Below, one piece after another: positions 11,759-27,326 of a stretch of DNA of 64,000 bases; positions within the stretch are counted from its first letter, which is position 1, and each line of letters opens with the position of its first letter. The notes beneath the pieces were generated by a model, which saw only the letters and a program-made list of their open reading frames with translations, was not told the DNA's origin and did no database searches. The translations under genes and the position numbers were made by a program. The stretch covers positions 181,351-245,350 of the forward strand of contig MU619254.1 of assembly GCA_025201805.1 (NCBI GenBank), in the 5' to 3' direction. Source of the stretch: Parasitella parasitica NRRL 2501 (Eukaryota; Fungi; Mucoromycota).

Positions 11759-14700
11759 ATGTGTAGGAAACTACTGTCCATAACAATACTCTTATGGTGC
11801 ACTCTAATTATATCTGTTTATGGTGAATCCAGCAAAATCAATCATGAAAAGGGCGTCTGTGTCATGCGCGGACAATGTGGAGGAAGCCTTTTTAGCCCTC
11901 TTCCCTGCGTTGATAACGCACCCGCCGTTATACCCGAAACAACATCATTCAGAAAACTACTAGTCGATACCTGCGGCGCTGAATACATGACAGGCCCTGC
12001 CTGCTGTGATGAAAATCAGCTAAACAGCCTCGTTACGCAAGTGAAAAAAGCAGAAACCATTATTGCTTCCTGCCCTGCTTGTTGGAAGAACTTTTTGCAG
12101 TTTTGGTGCTCATTCACCTGCTCGCCTGATCAATCCACCTTTGTCAATGTTACAGCTACTGAAACCAACGCAGACAATACCATTTCAGTAACCGGCACGG
12201 ATTTCTGGGTGGGCGATAATTTTGGGCAGCAGTTTTTCGATAGCTGCAAGGACATCAAGTTCGGCTCCTCGAATGGCTATGCTATGGATTTCATTGGAGG
12301 TGGCGCTATTGAATGGCATGGTATGCTGTCGTATATGGGTAAAAAGCGTCCAGGCTTGGGAAGCCCTTTTCAAATTGACTTTCCTGCATTAAATCAAACT
12401 CCCACCGAAGGGATAGATCGCTACAATGAAAATGGTCGGCCATGCAACGATACAGATGCTGCGTACCGCTGCGCTTGTGTTGATTGTCAAGCTGTGTGTC
12501 CTATTTTACCATCTGCTCCGGGGGAACAGCCCGAATGTCATGTTGGATTATTACGGTGCTGGAGTTTTGCTATGCTGATCACCTATGCAACTATCTTGGC
12601 CATGGGTGTTACTTTACTGGCTGCGAGAAACAAGCGAGTTGGCCAATGGATGCAACAATTCTTGGGCGTCCATTTAGATCGTGCAGAATCAAGAGGATTA
12701 TACGAACGTTTAGCTCTGTCAGATGATCGAGACGATGAGTTGGAAGACGAGGATGGTGAGAATTTACTGGATCCTGACTATACACCAAGCAGATACTGGC
12801 TTAATTCCCGCTTGCAAAACTGGTTCTATTACCAAGGTCTCTTCTGTGCTCGCTATCCGTGGGTTGTCATTATGACGTCGCTTGCATTTGTAGCTATCTG
12901 CTCTTCGGGATGGTCTCGCTTTTCTTTGGAAAGGAATCCTGTGAATTTGTGGGTATCTCCCTCGTCGACTGCATTAGCCCAAAAGAATCACTTTGACGAC
13001 AATTTCACCCCTTTCTACCGTACATCGCAGCTCTTTTTTGTCAACGAAATCGATGAGCCCATTGCTACTGCCGACAGATTGGAAAACTTGTTTCAATTGG
13101 AGGATGAGATCAGGTCTTTCAAGTCCAATGTGTACAATAATACACTACAGGACGTTTGCTTCCATCCTAACGGAAATGCATGTATAATCCAGTCTGTTAC
13201 TGGTTATTGGCAGGGCGACATCGACAATTTTGATCGTGCCATGTGGAGAGAGACTCTGCAGCAATGTACATCTGAACCCTCCATGTGTTTGCCTGAATTC
13301 CAGCAACCACTCAAGCCTGAAATGATTCTCGGCGGCTATAAAGACAAGGATTATCCTACTGCTAGAGCCTTTGTCGTAACGTTTGTCTTGACAAATTCTG
13401 TCAACGAGACTGAAAATGACAAATCTGAGCACTGGGAAAAGACACTACTGGCCAACATTTTGACAGGTTTGAATGATCGCCCTGAATGGAAGGGCGTCCG
13501 CATCAGTTATTCAACTGAAGTGAGTTCCAGTCAAATAATCAAGATAGTATGTGCAAATACTAATATTTTGTGTCGGGTAGAGCTCCCTGGAGAAAGAGTT
13601 GAACAAATCAAGCAATACAGACGCTGGCACCGTGATTATCAGTTACCTGGTCATGTTCATCTATGCATCTATCGCATTAGGCCGTCTTTCATCGCTTAAC
13701 CCTCGCCGTCTTTTGATTGACTCCAAGTTCAGTCTTGGTGTCTGCGGCATCCTGATTGTCATTTTCTCTGTATCCACTGCAGTTGGATTATTTTCCTTTA
13801 CAGGCAAAAAAACCACGCTGATCATTGCTGAAGTCATTCCATTCTTGGTGTTGGCTGTGGGTGTGGACAATATCTTTATTCTCTGTCATGAGTATGCGAG
13901 ACGTGCTGAATTGGGCCAAGATGAGTCTATTGAGGAGCGTGCTGCAAAGACTTTGGGCAAAATGGGGCCTAGCATCTTGCTCAGCTCTCTTAGTGAAACT
14001 ATCGCCTTTGGTCTCGGCACTCTGGTGACAATGCCAGCTGTCAGCAGCTTTGCTATCGTTGCAGCTATTGCTGTTTTCGTGGATTTCGTCCTTCAAGTAA
14101 CTTGTTTTGTGTCCTGCTTAGTACTGGATGCCTACAGAGAACAAAGTAATCGCATTGATTGTGTTCCATGTGTTCGTATCAAGGCCCCCGATGCTGTTGA
14201 AAAAGAAGGCTTTTTGCAGTCTATTGTGAAATTGTACTATGTTCCTGCCGTTTTGAATCGTACTTCTCGCTATGTCATTTGTTTTGCCTTCCTGGGTCTC
14301 TTTTGTGTTGGCCTTTCCTTAGCTCCTCAATTGCCAATGGGCCTTGACCAGCGTATTGCTTTGCCTTCTGATTCTTATCTGGTGCAGTACTTTAACGATC
14401 TGGATCAGTATTTTAACGTCGGCCCTCCTGTTTATTTTGTTGTAAAAGACGCAAACGTTACCGAGAGATCAGTGCAAAAGAAGATTTGTGGCAAATTCCC
14501 TGGCTGCCATGAGCGTTCTTTGGCCAATGTACTGGAACAAGAGCGAAAAAGACCCAACGTGTCATATATTGGAGAACCCACTAGCGTCTGGTTTGATGAT
14601 TTTATGATGTGGCTGAATCCTGCTACCGAATGCTGCAGACTGAAGAATGACCAAAGCATCTCCCGTCGGCCCTTGAGTGATCTGGAGAGACCTTACTATT

Positions 14701-15840
14701 CACGCAAATGGAAGTTATGTGGCGAATGGGATGATGAGGATGAGTGTACCTACTGCAACCCGCAGTGGGATGTCAGCATGGATTCTTTCCCTCAAGGCCA
14801 AAGTTTTTTGGACTTTTACGACCTTTGGATCGATATCCCCCCAGATGAAAGTTGTCCTCTTGGAGGCAAGGCTGCCTACGGCGATGCTGTTGTTGCAAAT
14901 CACAAAAATGTTACTGTAAATGCATCTCATTTCAGAACATTCCATACGCCGTTGAGAAATCAAGAGCAATTTATTGCAGCCTATGCATCTGCGCAGCGTA
15001 TTGCTGACAATCTCGGCAAGGAATTGGGATTGGAAGTGTATCCTTACTCTGTATTCTACATCTTCTTTGAGCAGTACACTTATATCGTGGCCATGGCTTT
15101 CCAGATCCTTGGGTTGGCCATCTTGTCTATCTTTGTTGTCACTAGCTCTCTTTTAGGCAGTATCCGCTGTGGTTTGATCGTAATGAGTGTCGTTATTATG
15201 ATTCTAGTGGATGTTATTGGTGTTATGACTTTGTGGGGCGTTAGTTTGAATGCTGTGAGTCTTGTGAATCTTGTTATTTGTGTGGGTATAAGTGTTGAAT
15301 TTTGTTGCCACATTGCCCGTGGTTTTATGGTTGCCAGTGGAAGCCAAGAGGAAAGAGCTGGTAAGAGTATGGTTGATGTTGGTAGCTCTGTATTCTGTGG
15401 GATTACCTTGACCAAATTTGCTGGCATCATTGTGTTGGCATTTACTCGGTCCAAGATCTTTGAAGTGTACTACTTTAGAATGTGTATGTGTATGAATATA
15501 TGTCATATACTTACAACTGTGCTCACAAGTCTTTTTTTTTTTTTTTAAAAAAAAAATAGACCTTTCTATTGTCGTCTTGGGCGCTTTGCATGGTCTTGTA
15601 TTATTGCCGGCTCTCCTTGCCATGTTTGGTGGGGAAGGGATGGCTCTAATGACTGAATTTGATGAGGATGGTTTTGCCTGGTCAACTGGACATGACTGGA
15701 GAGGATTAGGTAGAAATAACAATAGTTTGTTGATTGACGATAATGAAAGCTCGGATCAGGTTTTGATTACTGATATGCCTGATGAAGACCAGCAACGATC
15801 AACGGAATACAGTCCCTCAAATAGAATGACCGTTGAGTAA
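11759..15840 (+). CDS. NCR1: Niemann-Pick C1 sterol transporter (NCR1/NPC1)
   Basis: Signal peptide. Cys-rich N-terminal domain (SCPACWKNFLQFWCSFTCSPDQS). Sterol-sensing domain (EVIPFLVLAVGVDNIFIL). GISVEFCCHI. Introns 13520-13580 and 15484-15559. Confidence 0.97.
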
Positions 15841-16710
15841 CATCTATCATCATACTAGTAGCTTGATTAAAATAAACTACACTGTGCTTTGGATTTAAAC
15901 AGACAACACTATAATTGATGTTCAATAGTAACACAACGTATATGCCACGTAGTTGGTGGCAATGTTTAGAAGGGCAATGGCAAAGGATCTATACATGCAA
16001 TGTTCACATTTGAAGCACAAATACTACTACAACAACAGTAACGAAATCTGTGGATATTGACCTTATCAACAATTGTTGTCCGAATAGGCCGTGGTCGATG
16101 CACACAATCAACGGTGATCTACCCTCTTTAACCTCAGTTCTCAGTTGGTTTTGAAAATACCGTACTTTCCGTGATGAAGTGGTGTATTGTAAAGTGGTTC
16201 GCCGTCCAAGGTAGCGTTCTATTTGATAGAAAGTCTTTTTGAGGAGCTTCATACAATCAAGTTTCTCAGCGGTGGCATGCACACTGGTCACAGCCTGAAC
16301 ATCTCTTGACGCTTGGCCTTGTAAAGATGAGCCCGCAAGAGCTTTAGTCTCGATAGATTGAGGGGAGATGGTCATAAATTAACAGTCTTCAAGCTTCCTC
16401 CGAGCAATTTCCATAAGAACTAGGAAAAATTGAACAAACTCCCTTTTCTCCTTTTTCATCTTCATTTATACATTTAAAGAAAGAAAGAAAGAAAAGACAA
16501 AATAAATAAAAAATAAAGAAAAAAAAAAAAACGAAAAAAAGACATAAAATAGGTTTCTTCTTCATAGCATATTGAATAAGCAAACTTAAACTTGAACTCA
16601 TATCACAATCTCTTTATATAATCACACATACAAACCAAACCAAATTACCTACCAAACCACACACCCACACATTCATTCGCTCACACTCTCGCCTACCTCT
16701 GTAAACAACC

Positions 16711-18888
<2,178 letters not shown>

Positions 18889-18989
18889 GGTTACATCTTT
18901 TAAATAAAATTTACCCGTACATATACAACAACTGTTCAAAGTCGCACTATTATTGGTTTATTTGGTATTTAAAAAAAAAATGACTACTG

Positions 18990-20403
18990 CTAGTCTCTGT
19001 ATCGTTGTTGTCTCTGTGATCTCTCTGATTTTTCTCTGTAATGCTCTGCTAGGTGTGTATTGTTATTTCGCTTGTGTCTCTGGTATTCGCGAGTGCTGTA
19101 GTCTTGTTCAAGGGTCCTGCTATAAGGTGAATGACGGTATGATGTACTCGAATTCTCAATCCTGCGGTAAGGATTTTGCCTGCTGTCATTTCTTTTGTAA
19201 TCGGCAAAAGACTGTCGATCCTCACCCGCTTTGTGTGCAATGTTATCATGGCGACGTTGAAACCCTTTGTTTTTCGCGGCAGGAGCACCTGTATCAATCC
19301 ATGTCTGTAACAACTTGAACCGAGTTCCTTCTCTTCGCCGATCCCTATAGTGGTGGGACTCTACTCTAATGATCGACGATAAAATTGACTCATTCTTTGA
19401 GCTGGATGCAATACGTCTGCGAAGATTTTCAAATGCCTTTCCAAATATAAGCTGAACTGTCTCAAATCGCAATGTGCTGCGGGCTACATTGACATCTAAT
19501 TAAAGAGATTTTTAATTTGTATTCAAACAGGTATAATGCTGTAATGTGAATCAAACCTTTTACATCAGGATCAACAATTGTCAGTTTCCCGGTTTTTGTC
19601 TCCAGTGGAATAGGGCATTCGCTTTTTGAGAGATAAGCGCCACCACCCGTCAACGAGATGGCCTTTGTAGTACTCGGGAATTGAGAATAGAAATCAAGGA
19701 ACCCTATCAATAGAGTGCCATAGTACGAAGGATCTGTCGGCTTTACTTTATCATTTACCTGCAACTAATAAAACAACAAAACTGTTTATTAAGCTTTTCA
19801 ACATGCATCCAAGCCTGCGCTTACCTGAAGATAACTGACAATCATACATATTAGCGAGTAGCTGGCGAGCCCTGCAGTTTTAGCCGACAGAGGCTCAAAT
19901 ACCGGCAGACTAGACACACGATAGTTTGATATAGATTGCTTTAATATCAGAAACAGCTGTTTTAACGCTGGATATTCCGTGATCCATGCCGCTGTTCTGT
20001 CAGAACTGAAGCATTGATTCTGTACAGTGATGTCGATAGAAACGCCATTATCGTCTGTACCCATCAGCACAGGCACCTTGGCATTTGCAGCAAGTCGTGT
20101 ATTGTTAAATGTGAACAGGCGATGCGAAACAGCTTTTTTACGGATAATCTTGAGCACATCAATCCTGTTATTTTTAGGCATTTCATCGAAATCAATGTTG
20201 ATGTCAATATCGCTCGCTGGGAATTGCAATCCTGTAACGCTGGATCCAAACGCAGTAATCACAGAGTTGTTGGGCCATAGTGAGTCAACCAATTGAGTGA
20301 TGCTGTAAAGCATTGTGTCTCGATTAAGTTTTTCGGTTCGGGTTGGTTTAATGTAATCTGCAAAGTCGACTATTTCTTTTGACAATCTTTGGAGGTTTTT
20401 TTT

Positions 20404-20434
<31 letters not shown>

Positions 20435-20534
20435 TTTTCAGAAAGACGATATGGCTTTTATTGCTAGCTGGAGCTTACCTGATGAGCCGGTCTTTGGTCC
20501 CGAGAGTCTCTTTGCTACTCCATGGCGCATCCAT
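18990..20534 (-). CDS. Non-canonical poly(A) polymerase / terminal nucleotidyltransferase, divergent Trf4/Cid14/PAPD5-like
   Basis: FGSSVTGLQFPASDIDINI (GS-x10-DxD), third Asp in VSIDITV, GLASYSLICMIVSYLQ, GTLLIGFLDFY, LTIVDP. Probable ATG at 20534 (MDAPWS). Confidence 0.88.
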
Positions 20535-21005
20535 ATTTTTTCAGTTGATGAAATGTAGAGCTAAAAGCTTTTTTTTTTCTCAGAAAAAAAAATTTGCTTT
20601 AAATCAGCCAAACTTTCTATTGGCCAAACGAACCGAATTGCACTGGGATCGACAACGTTAGGTCTCAAACTTGCGATTCTTGTGCATTCAAAAAGGCACT
20701 CATATGAGCGCCATACACGCTTTATAATAGTTTTTCGCATATCAAACTTATTTGCTTTTTTTTTTTTTCAGAGTAAAACGATGCCGTGCAACAGGGAGAT
20801 CAGAAAAACTGCTAAATAGGTGTGGCAATCCAGTGCAACCATGCTAATCATCCAGAAATACACACATGCACAAGGGCTTCATATTTATTGTTGTCAAGCA
20901 GAAGGGAATATATAATAGTATCTATGTGCAAGTATGGCAAAGGTAAATTACATTCTAAATACAAAGTGGGGGAGGGGGGGGGTTGATATCTACACAGTAA
21001 AGAGT

Positions 21006-22676
21006 TTAGGTGGTGATTTTTTTCTTTGATTTTGGCGGCAAGTGCATTAAAAGCATCTGTTTTCGAGGCACTTTGCCAGCTAAAAGAGACAGTGAGTTGG
21101 ATTTTCAGTGTACTAACGTAAACAAATACATACCAGCTTTCTTAAGCTTACGATTATCCTTGCATGACTCACTGCAATACCAATAAATGGAATCAACAGC
21201 CTGATTAACTGTATTCAACGACTTGTGACATTGTTGATGGTACGCACGAGAACATACACCTTGACAACAAATCAACCGATTGCTAGGGGCTTTTTCTTTA
21301 TCGGTTTGTTCCGGGAACTGGCAAACAGTGCAAAACTCCTGAATAACAGGTAAAACACGGTCTTCTAGTCTTTCGTTTGCAAACATCGATAGATCCAGTC
21401 GAGGCACACGGGTTGCAAGGCCATAGCCCTTGTAATCACATCCGTGTTTACTAGAAGAAATTCCCTTGTTAATATACAACATACTGCCTGAAGATGAAAG
21501 TTATCCTTACTTGCAAAGCGTGCGTTTTCCCCAAGGTCCAGGTCTCCAACTGACGCCTTTTCTAGTTCCACAATATCTACACCAGTCAATGTTGGAGTCT
21601 GTCAATTGCTGAAACATTGTTCTGCTCTCTCTCTCTTCATCGCTTGCAACAGCTTCTAATAGCTGGTCCACGCTATGCGTCTCTTTGTTTTGTTCCACAA
21701 CATCATGTTGTGTTTTAGCGATGACTGATTGCTGGAGTAGCCCAACATCCTGAGGATCAGATAAGATCTTTTTCTTGAGTATTTTCTTGGTAATAGTAGC
21801 GGTAGCGACAGTGGGGGTGGTGGCTCTTTTCTTCCTTCCACGCTTTTGACGATGCGCTGCTTTGGGCGTTTTCCTTGACTGATCCTGCGTGCTACGATTG
21901 CGCTTTTTTGAACTGTTAGATGCCGGGTGTTGTGATGTTACGTAAGCCTCCATATCACTCTCACTGCTAAGGCTGCTGAGGCTCATATGATCATCATTAT
22001 CATCACCATCACAGAAAACATCCAAAAGTTTCGACCAGTGGATATCCTCTCTAGCTGATAAGCGACACACTGGCTGATTCAGCATCGCAGACGAGGAGTC
22101 TTCGCAATTCCTGCCCTGGCCATGATTACCCAACATTGTCGTTTCGTCAGTTCCGATGATGCTGCCTTCAAACAATGGCTCATGGTTGTACAAGAACTTG
22201 GTGGGCGAGGTGACAGGAGACAAACGGGGCGATCTTGGGAGCTTTTCGCCGCCGTGCTGAGAAGAGGATAACGAAGAGCGGCTACTGAGAGAAACATTGT
22301 CTTCTATTTCTGTGTAAAAAACTGAGGGCTGAGCCAAAAATACGTCGTCCTTGATTACGCTGTGCTGGAGGTGGAATGGCATATTAGGATGATACGAGGA
22401 ATCGAACATCGGAGCTGCTGCGAAACTAGAAATTCCCAATCTTGGTGTGTTTACTGCTAACAATGCTGCTGCAGAATTGCCCTCGTGATACAGATCCTGT
22501 GATAAGTTTCCAATAAGCTGTGGACTGTTGGTTGAGTCCAGTTGCTCCTGCTGCTGTTGTACCAGGCTGTCCCAGAAATTGTTTGTGAAGCTTATTGATG
22601 GGGGAGGCATCAAGTCAGTAAAGGACTGTGAGCGAACAGTTGGAAAAAAGTCGTAATTAACTGATGTCTTGTCCAT
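21006..22676 (-). CDS. GATA-like zinc finger plus PHD finger protein, 3 exons
   Basis: Spliced CRYCGTRKGVSWRPGPWGKRTLCNKHGC, then CTVC...CCQGVCSRAYHQQC...WYCSESC (C4HC3). Last exon ends KKITT-TAA at 21006. Confidence 0.88.
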
Positions 22677-25469
22677 AATGTCTGGTGAATATTTAGGGCC
22701 TTTTTTTTTAAAAATATATATATGAAATGGAAGAGAAAAAGAGAAGGTGTAAGACTAGGTCATTTAGCTTTTTATTTATGAACTAACATTTAGAATGATT
22801 GTTGGCTTAAAAAAAAGGGGGGGATGGTGTGTGTGTGGGTGTGGGTGTGGGTGAGAGACACAACGATGCTAATCAGTTTCCGCCACTAGCATTTCTTAAT
22901 TCGGATTGCACCCGTGCTGTTGCGCATATTCTTTGTTTCCTTTTAAACAACATGATGAGCAAGTAGAATGAAGCATTGACTTACCGATTTCAAACAAATA
23001 CAGATGGCCATTATCACCACAAATGCTTGACTAGTTGATGCTAATGACTGCATTAACTATCAAGCGACTCGGACAACCTTCAACATGACATCCATGAGCC
23101 CATCTTTTGGACGTAAAACAACAAAATCAGCCTTTACTACTATATATCTTCAATCGCTCTCGCCGTAACAGACCAATCACTTGACGGAGTTGTCCCTTTT
23201 TATAGGAGACATTGGTCACAGGTTGGGCTTTTTCATGTTATACCTTTAGAGCAAGGATTCCCTTTGAATGTGGTAGTGCGTAAATTAAGCGTTGTTATAC
23301 GTCTCTGTTAATCCAGGACTATATTAATCAATTTAATTTCTTTCCTTTATCATGCAGCGTAACCCACAAACTGGTAGGGTGAGGGTATTTTGATTTGCTG
23401 AAAGCTTCCATTGCAAACTGTATCATATCTCGATTGCTCTCTGAACCTTTCAAGGCACATTGAGCTGGTTATAACCTTGAATCATGCGGAGACTATTTAT
23501 ATATAAAGCCTACTTGATCACTTGATCAGCATAATATAAGGGTGATTACAGCACCTATAATTTAAAAGGTACCTTTGAGGTAAATGAATGACGCCAACGA
23601 TCGAGTAAAATACACGGAGTAAAATTTCCTGCTATAGAGAAACGACAGACCAGCCACACCAACAACTGCATCACACATGGCGACATTGTCCAAGTCTGAA
23701 CTACTGAACATCATGAGTCTTATCTTAGCAAATCTCCAAAGTTTTGGTTCTCCTCTGTTTCTCAAGTTGATCTTTATTAAGCTTTCATGCACACCTTCTG
23801 ACATTCACATGAATTTGATTAATACATAGATTAATGGCGACTCGATTGACTACTAATTGACAAAGCTACATTAACATCAAAGTTCTTTACACTACCTATC
23901 TGACAAATCGGGTAGAATACTTGACATAGATGCATTGCAGAACCAACAAAATCACCTTGGTTGAAACAAAATCTTGATTCTCTTGTTTCCAATCCTCAGT
24001 ATTTCCTTCCTCAGCTTCAATTGGAGATTGAAGCATGCCACTCTGATCGTCCATAGCATCCTGGCAGAACAAAATGCTCAGAGTGCGCATTCATTAAACA
24101 TCATCGGCGCCAGGTCGATGATGACAAAACCTCCAGCAGATAATTTACTATGCTAATGTAGATAATGTGACATCTCTATGGCACCTTTACTTTTGCTATT
24201 ATGGTGTAAAGAAACAGTGTAAAGAGAAGGCAGTGTCTGATCCATGCATAACTTCTACTAAAGAAGCCACCTATCTAATATTATATATATATATATATAC
24301 TTCATCCTCATACATTGGAACCAGTTTCACCTGAGAACCCTAATCTATACATAAATAGTTGACTACAAAAAATGTACATGAATGTCCATACCTTTACATA
24401 AAGAACAAACCAAGTCATGCTTTATACTTGTCTGATACCGCCATGATCAGAGTTGATTGATATATACTTTATATCCCCAATAAACTATTGATATGTTTGG
24501 ACTTTGCCATATAAAAATCAGGAAAAACCTTTAAAAAGTGATGTATTGGATATTGAATGTTTTGTTCCTTGAATCACCGTTGATTTCACGATAAATGGCA
24601 CAAGTCGCTTACAAAGAACCTCAATGGAACGAAGAACTGTAAAGTGTGTATCATGATGTCGATTTGAAAATAGTTTTTCTTGATTTAATAACTGTTCGAA
24701 CCGCTTTAAATTAAAAGATGCTTCACGCAGCAAGTGGTATATAGAATTTAGTTGTTATAGCCAACAGCCTGCTGTAACAAAAAATTAATTAGCATGTCGC
24801 TTATTTTTGATTGTTGAATGGGTAATTTTACGTGCTACCTTATAACAAAACAATCGATTGACAACGTAGATGTTATAGTAAGGTTGAAAAATACTCGGTA
24901 TTCATCTTACCACGCCCTCGCTGTCAGAAACTGCAAATGTGATTTTTTACTATCATGAATCTTTTTCCTCAATCCCCGCTGCTGCTCTATTTGTATATGC
25001 TACGGAAGTTGTTCCTTCCCTAATCTCTATATACACGATTATGAGGGCTGAAATTAACGAATTTCACAAGCTTCTTTGCTTGTTTTTTTTTTCTTTCTTC
25101 TTTATATAATGAAAATATGATGCACTACTTGAAAATAATAGCCCAGATGTTCACCAAAGATAATTAGAGTGGCAGTGAAAGGACCACACATGAACGAACA
25201 AACTCTATAAGGTTAAAGGAGAGGCAACAAGTTATTTATAGAATTTTTGCCTCACACTTTCGCGTTACACATCCAGGATTTTCACAAATAGACTTTTGAC
25301 CCCGGAATCAAATGGGTTTATGCTCCTACATTCATATGAATAATATATATCATTAAAACTTGATACTGCAAACATGGCATCTGATTACAAAGATAACAAA
25401 TGCATGTATACATGCACAACCAAAACACATACACAAACAGAATAAATATATTTAGATAACAGTGTACTT

Positions 25470-25564
25470 NNNNNNNNNNNNNNNNNNNNNNNNNNNNNNN
25501 NNNNNNNNNNNNNNNNNNNNNNNNNNNNNNNNNNNNNNNNNNNNNNNNNNNNNNNNNNNNNNNN
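25470..25564. other. Assembly gap (N run)
   Basis: N characters. Confidence 1.
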
Positions 25565-25572
25565 AGAATAAC

Positions 25573-27123
25573 CTAATGGTAGTTATTCCAATCGATTGAA
25601 GCTTTTTCAGAAAGACCCAAGTAAAACTCGACGTGTGTGTCTGTGGGATATCTAATCACACTTCGTATAGCTTGACCTAATGGGAAAATCCTTTCTCGTT
25701 TCAAATCAGAAATAACGACCCTTTTTCCAGGTGGAGGCGATCCAGCAAAATCAATTTCCGACAGCAAATCTCGAAATGTGTATGAATCTGTAATGGCTAA
25801 ATTTCTTATATAATATACTTGTTGTTGCTCGTCATTGTTGTTCAATGATGGCGAGCTCTTCAAAGAGACGGTTTCTATCACTTTGGAGTATGTGGGTGGT
25901 ATCATGGACCTTGCTGAATTATACGAAGGTGTCACATGCAGTTGCTGTTGTAGTGTTGAAGATAATGATGATAAAGATGGTGTGCGTAAATGAAGCGGTG
26001 GCAATTGTGAGGAGAAGCTATGGTTTGGACGAGCGACTTGTTGCTGCGAGGACGGAGGCGCCTGTGGAGGAGGGTGTTGATGATGCAGATGATGATGGTG
26101 ATGCGGATGCTGGCCGTGGTTGTTGTTTGAATATAATAAGGGTGTTGATGCGCTTGCGCTAGGCGGTTTAGACATTGTAGTTGTCCGTTTTCTCTTGACG
26201 GATGTTGAGGAGGTCATCATGGAAAAGTCAGGTGTTTCAGCCATAGGCTCATGTCGATTGTTGCTGTTGTTGTATTGTTGCTGGAACGATATTTCACGTA
26301 CCTTTTGAGCCAAAGCGCCGCCAGCTACCACATTATTGTAGTAGTTGGGCGAAGGCTGAGGTAATAGTGGATAGGAGTCCACCGATGAGGATCTGTGAAC
26401 GTCTTCCATCATTGTGCCGTTGGAATCAGCAGGCGAGGGCGGAGCTTGTTGTTGGCTCATGTTACGCTGATGCCTCTTCTTGGCACGGTAAAGGGTACTT
26501 GAATGTGCCTTGCAAAGTGATACCTCTGTCAAGTCATTCAAGCCAACTATATGGTGCTCCCTATCTCTGTAGATGCTGTGTGTAAATTCATCCAACCACT
26601 TTAATGTAAATTCATAGTCATCCCTGTCCTGAGGTGATAATTTTTTCGCCCTGGAATCAAGACCTCCCTCTGGCAGATTCTTGCCACGACGCGGTTGGGC
26701 CTCTGAGCATTGACAATTTGCGCCATAATACTAAACCAATGCAATGAATAAAGCCAGAACGGAATATTGGAGGAGGGGCGGGGGAGGGGAGGGGGAGGGG
26801 GAGAAAGATATATATAAATTTATATATAAAACTTACGTTGGAGCAGGTGAAACAAATCGCACATACAATGCACGCATTCTACAGCGAAATAAAAAAAAAG
26901 AAAAAGACAAAAAGGTCAGAGGTACGGATTAAACACTGATAACGGGGCATCCTACTTTTCTGGCTAGTAGCGGCTGTTGCTGTGGATCATTAGAGCGTGT
27001 GTTTGGCATGGGAGAAGAAGGTTGCTGCCGCTGTTTCTCTTGCTGCTCCATCTTGAGGTGATGGCGATGGAGTGGGAGTTCGGTTACCACTTGAGCCAAC
27101 TGAAATAAGTTATTTTCAGCCAT
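25573..27123 (-). CDS. Uncharacterised Cys-cluster protein (candidate metal-binding regulator), 3 exons
   Basis: Exons 27123-26956, 26878-26837 and 26730-25573 join in frame through GT-AG introns. This gives CIVCAICFTCSNYYGANCQC...LCKAHSSTLYRAKKR, a Q/H/P-rich middle and a globular-looking C-terminus. Confidence 0.8.
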
Positions 27124-27326
27124 TATGATAGTTTTAAGGAGTAAAAAGGAAAAGGAAGGAAAAGAAAAAAGTATTATTATTATATACAGTTGGAATCAAG
27201 GGGTGGCCCTTTATTTTTTTTTATTTTTTTTATGCTTTTGTGTATACATTTTTATATTGTGCTCCACTTGAAAACGAATGCAGTAAGCTATAATTGGCAG
27301 TGTTTCATCTACGTGAATTATGTGGG

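Noticed and set aside
16004-16375. 123-aa minus-strand ORF with ATG
   Set aside because: No recognisable domain; cannot be distinguished from a chance ORF without expression data
22900-25400. Scattered short ORFs and splice-like signals
   Set aside because: Could not assemble a stop-free gene model on either strand
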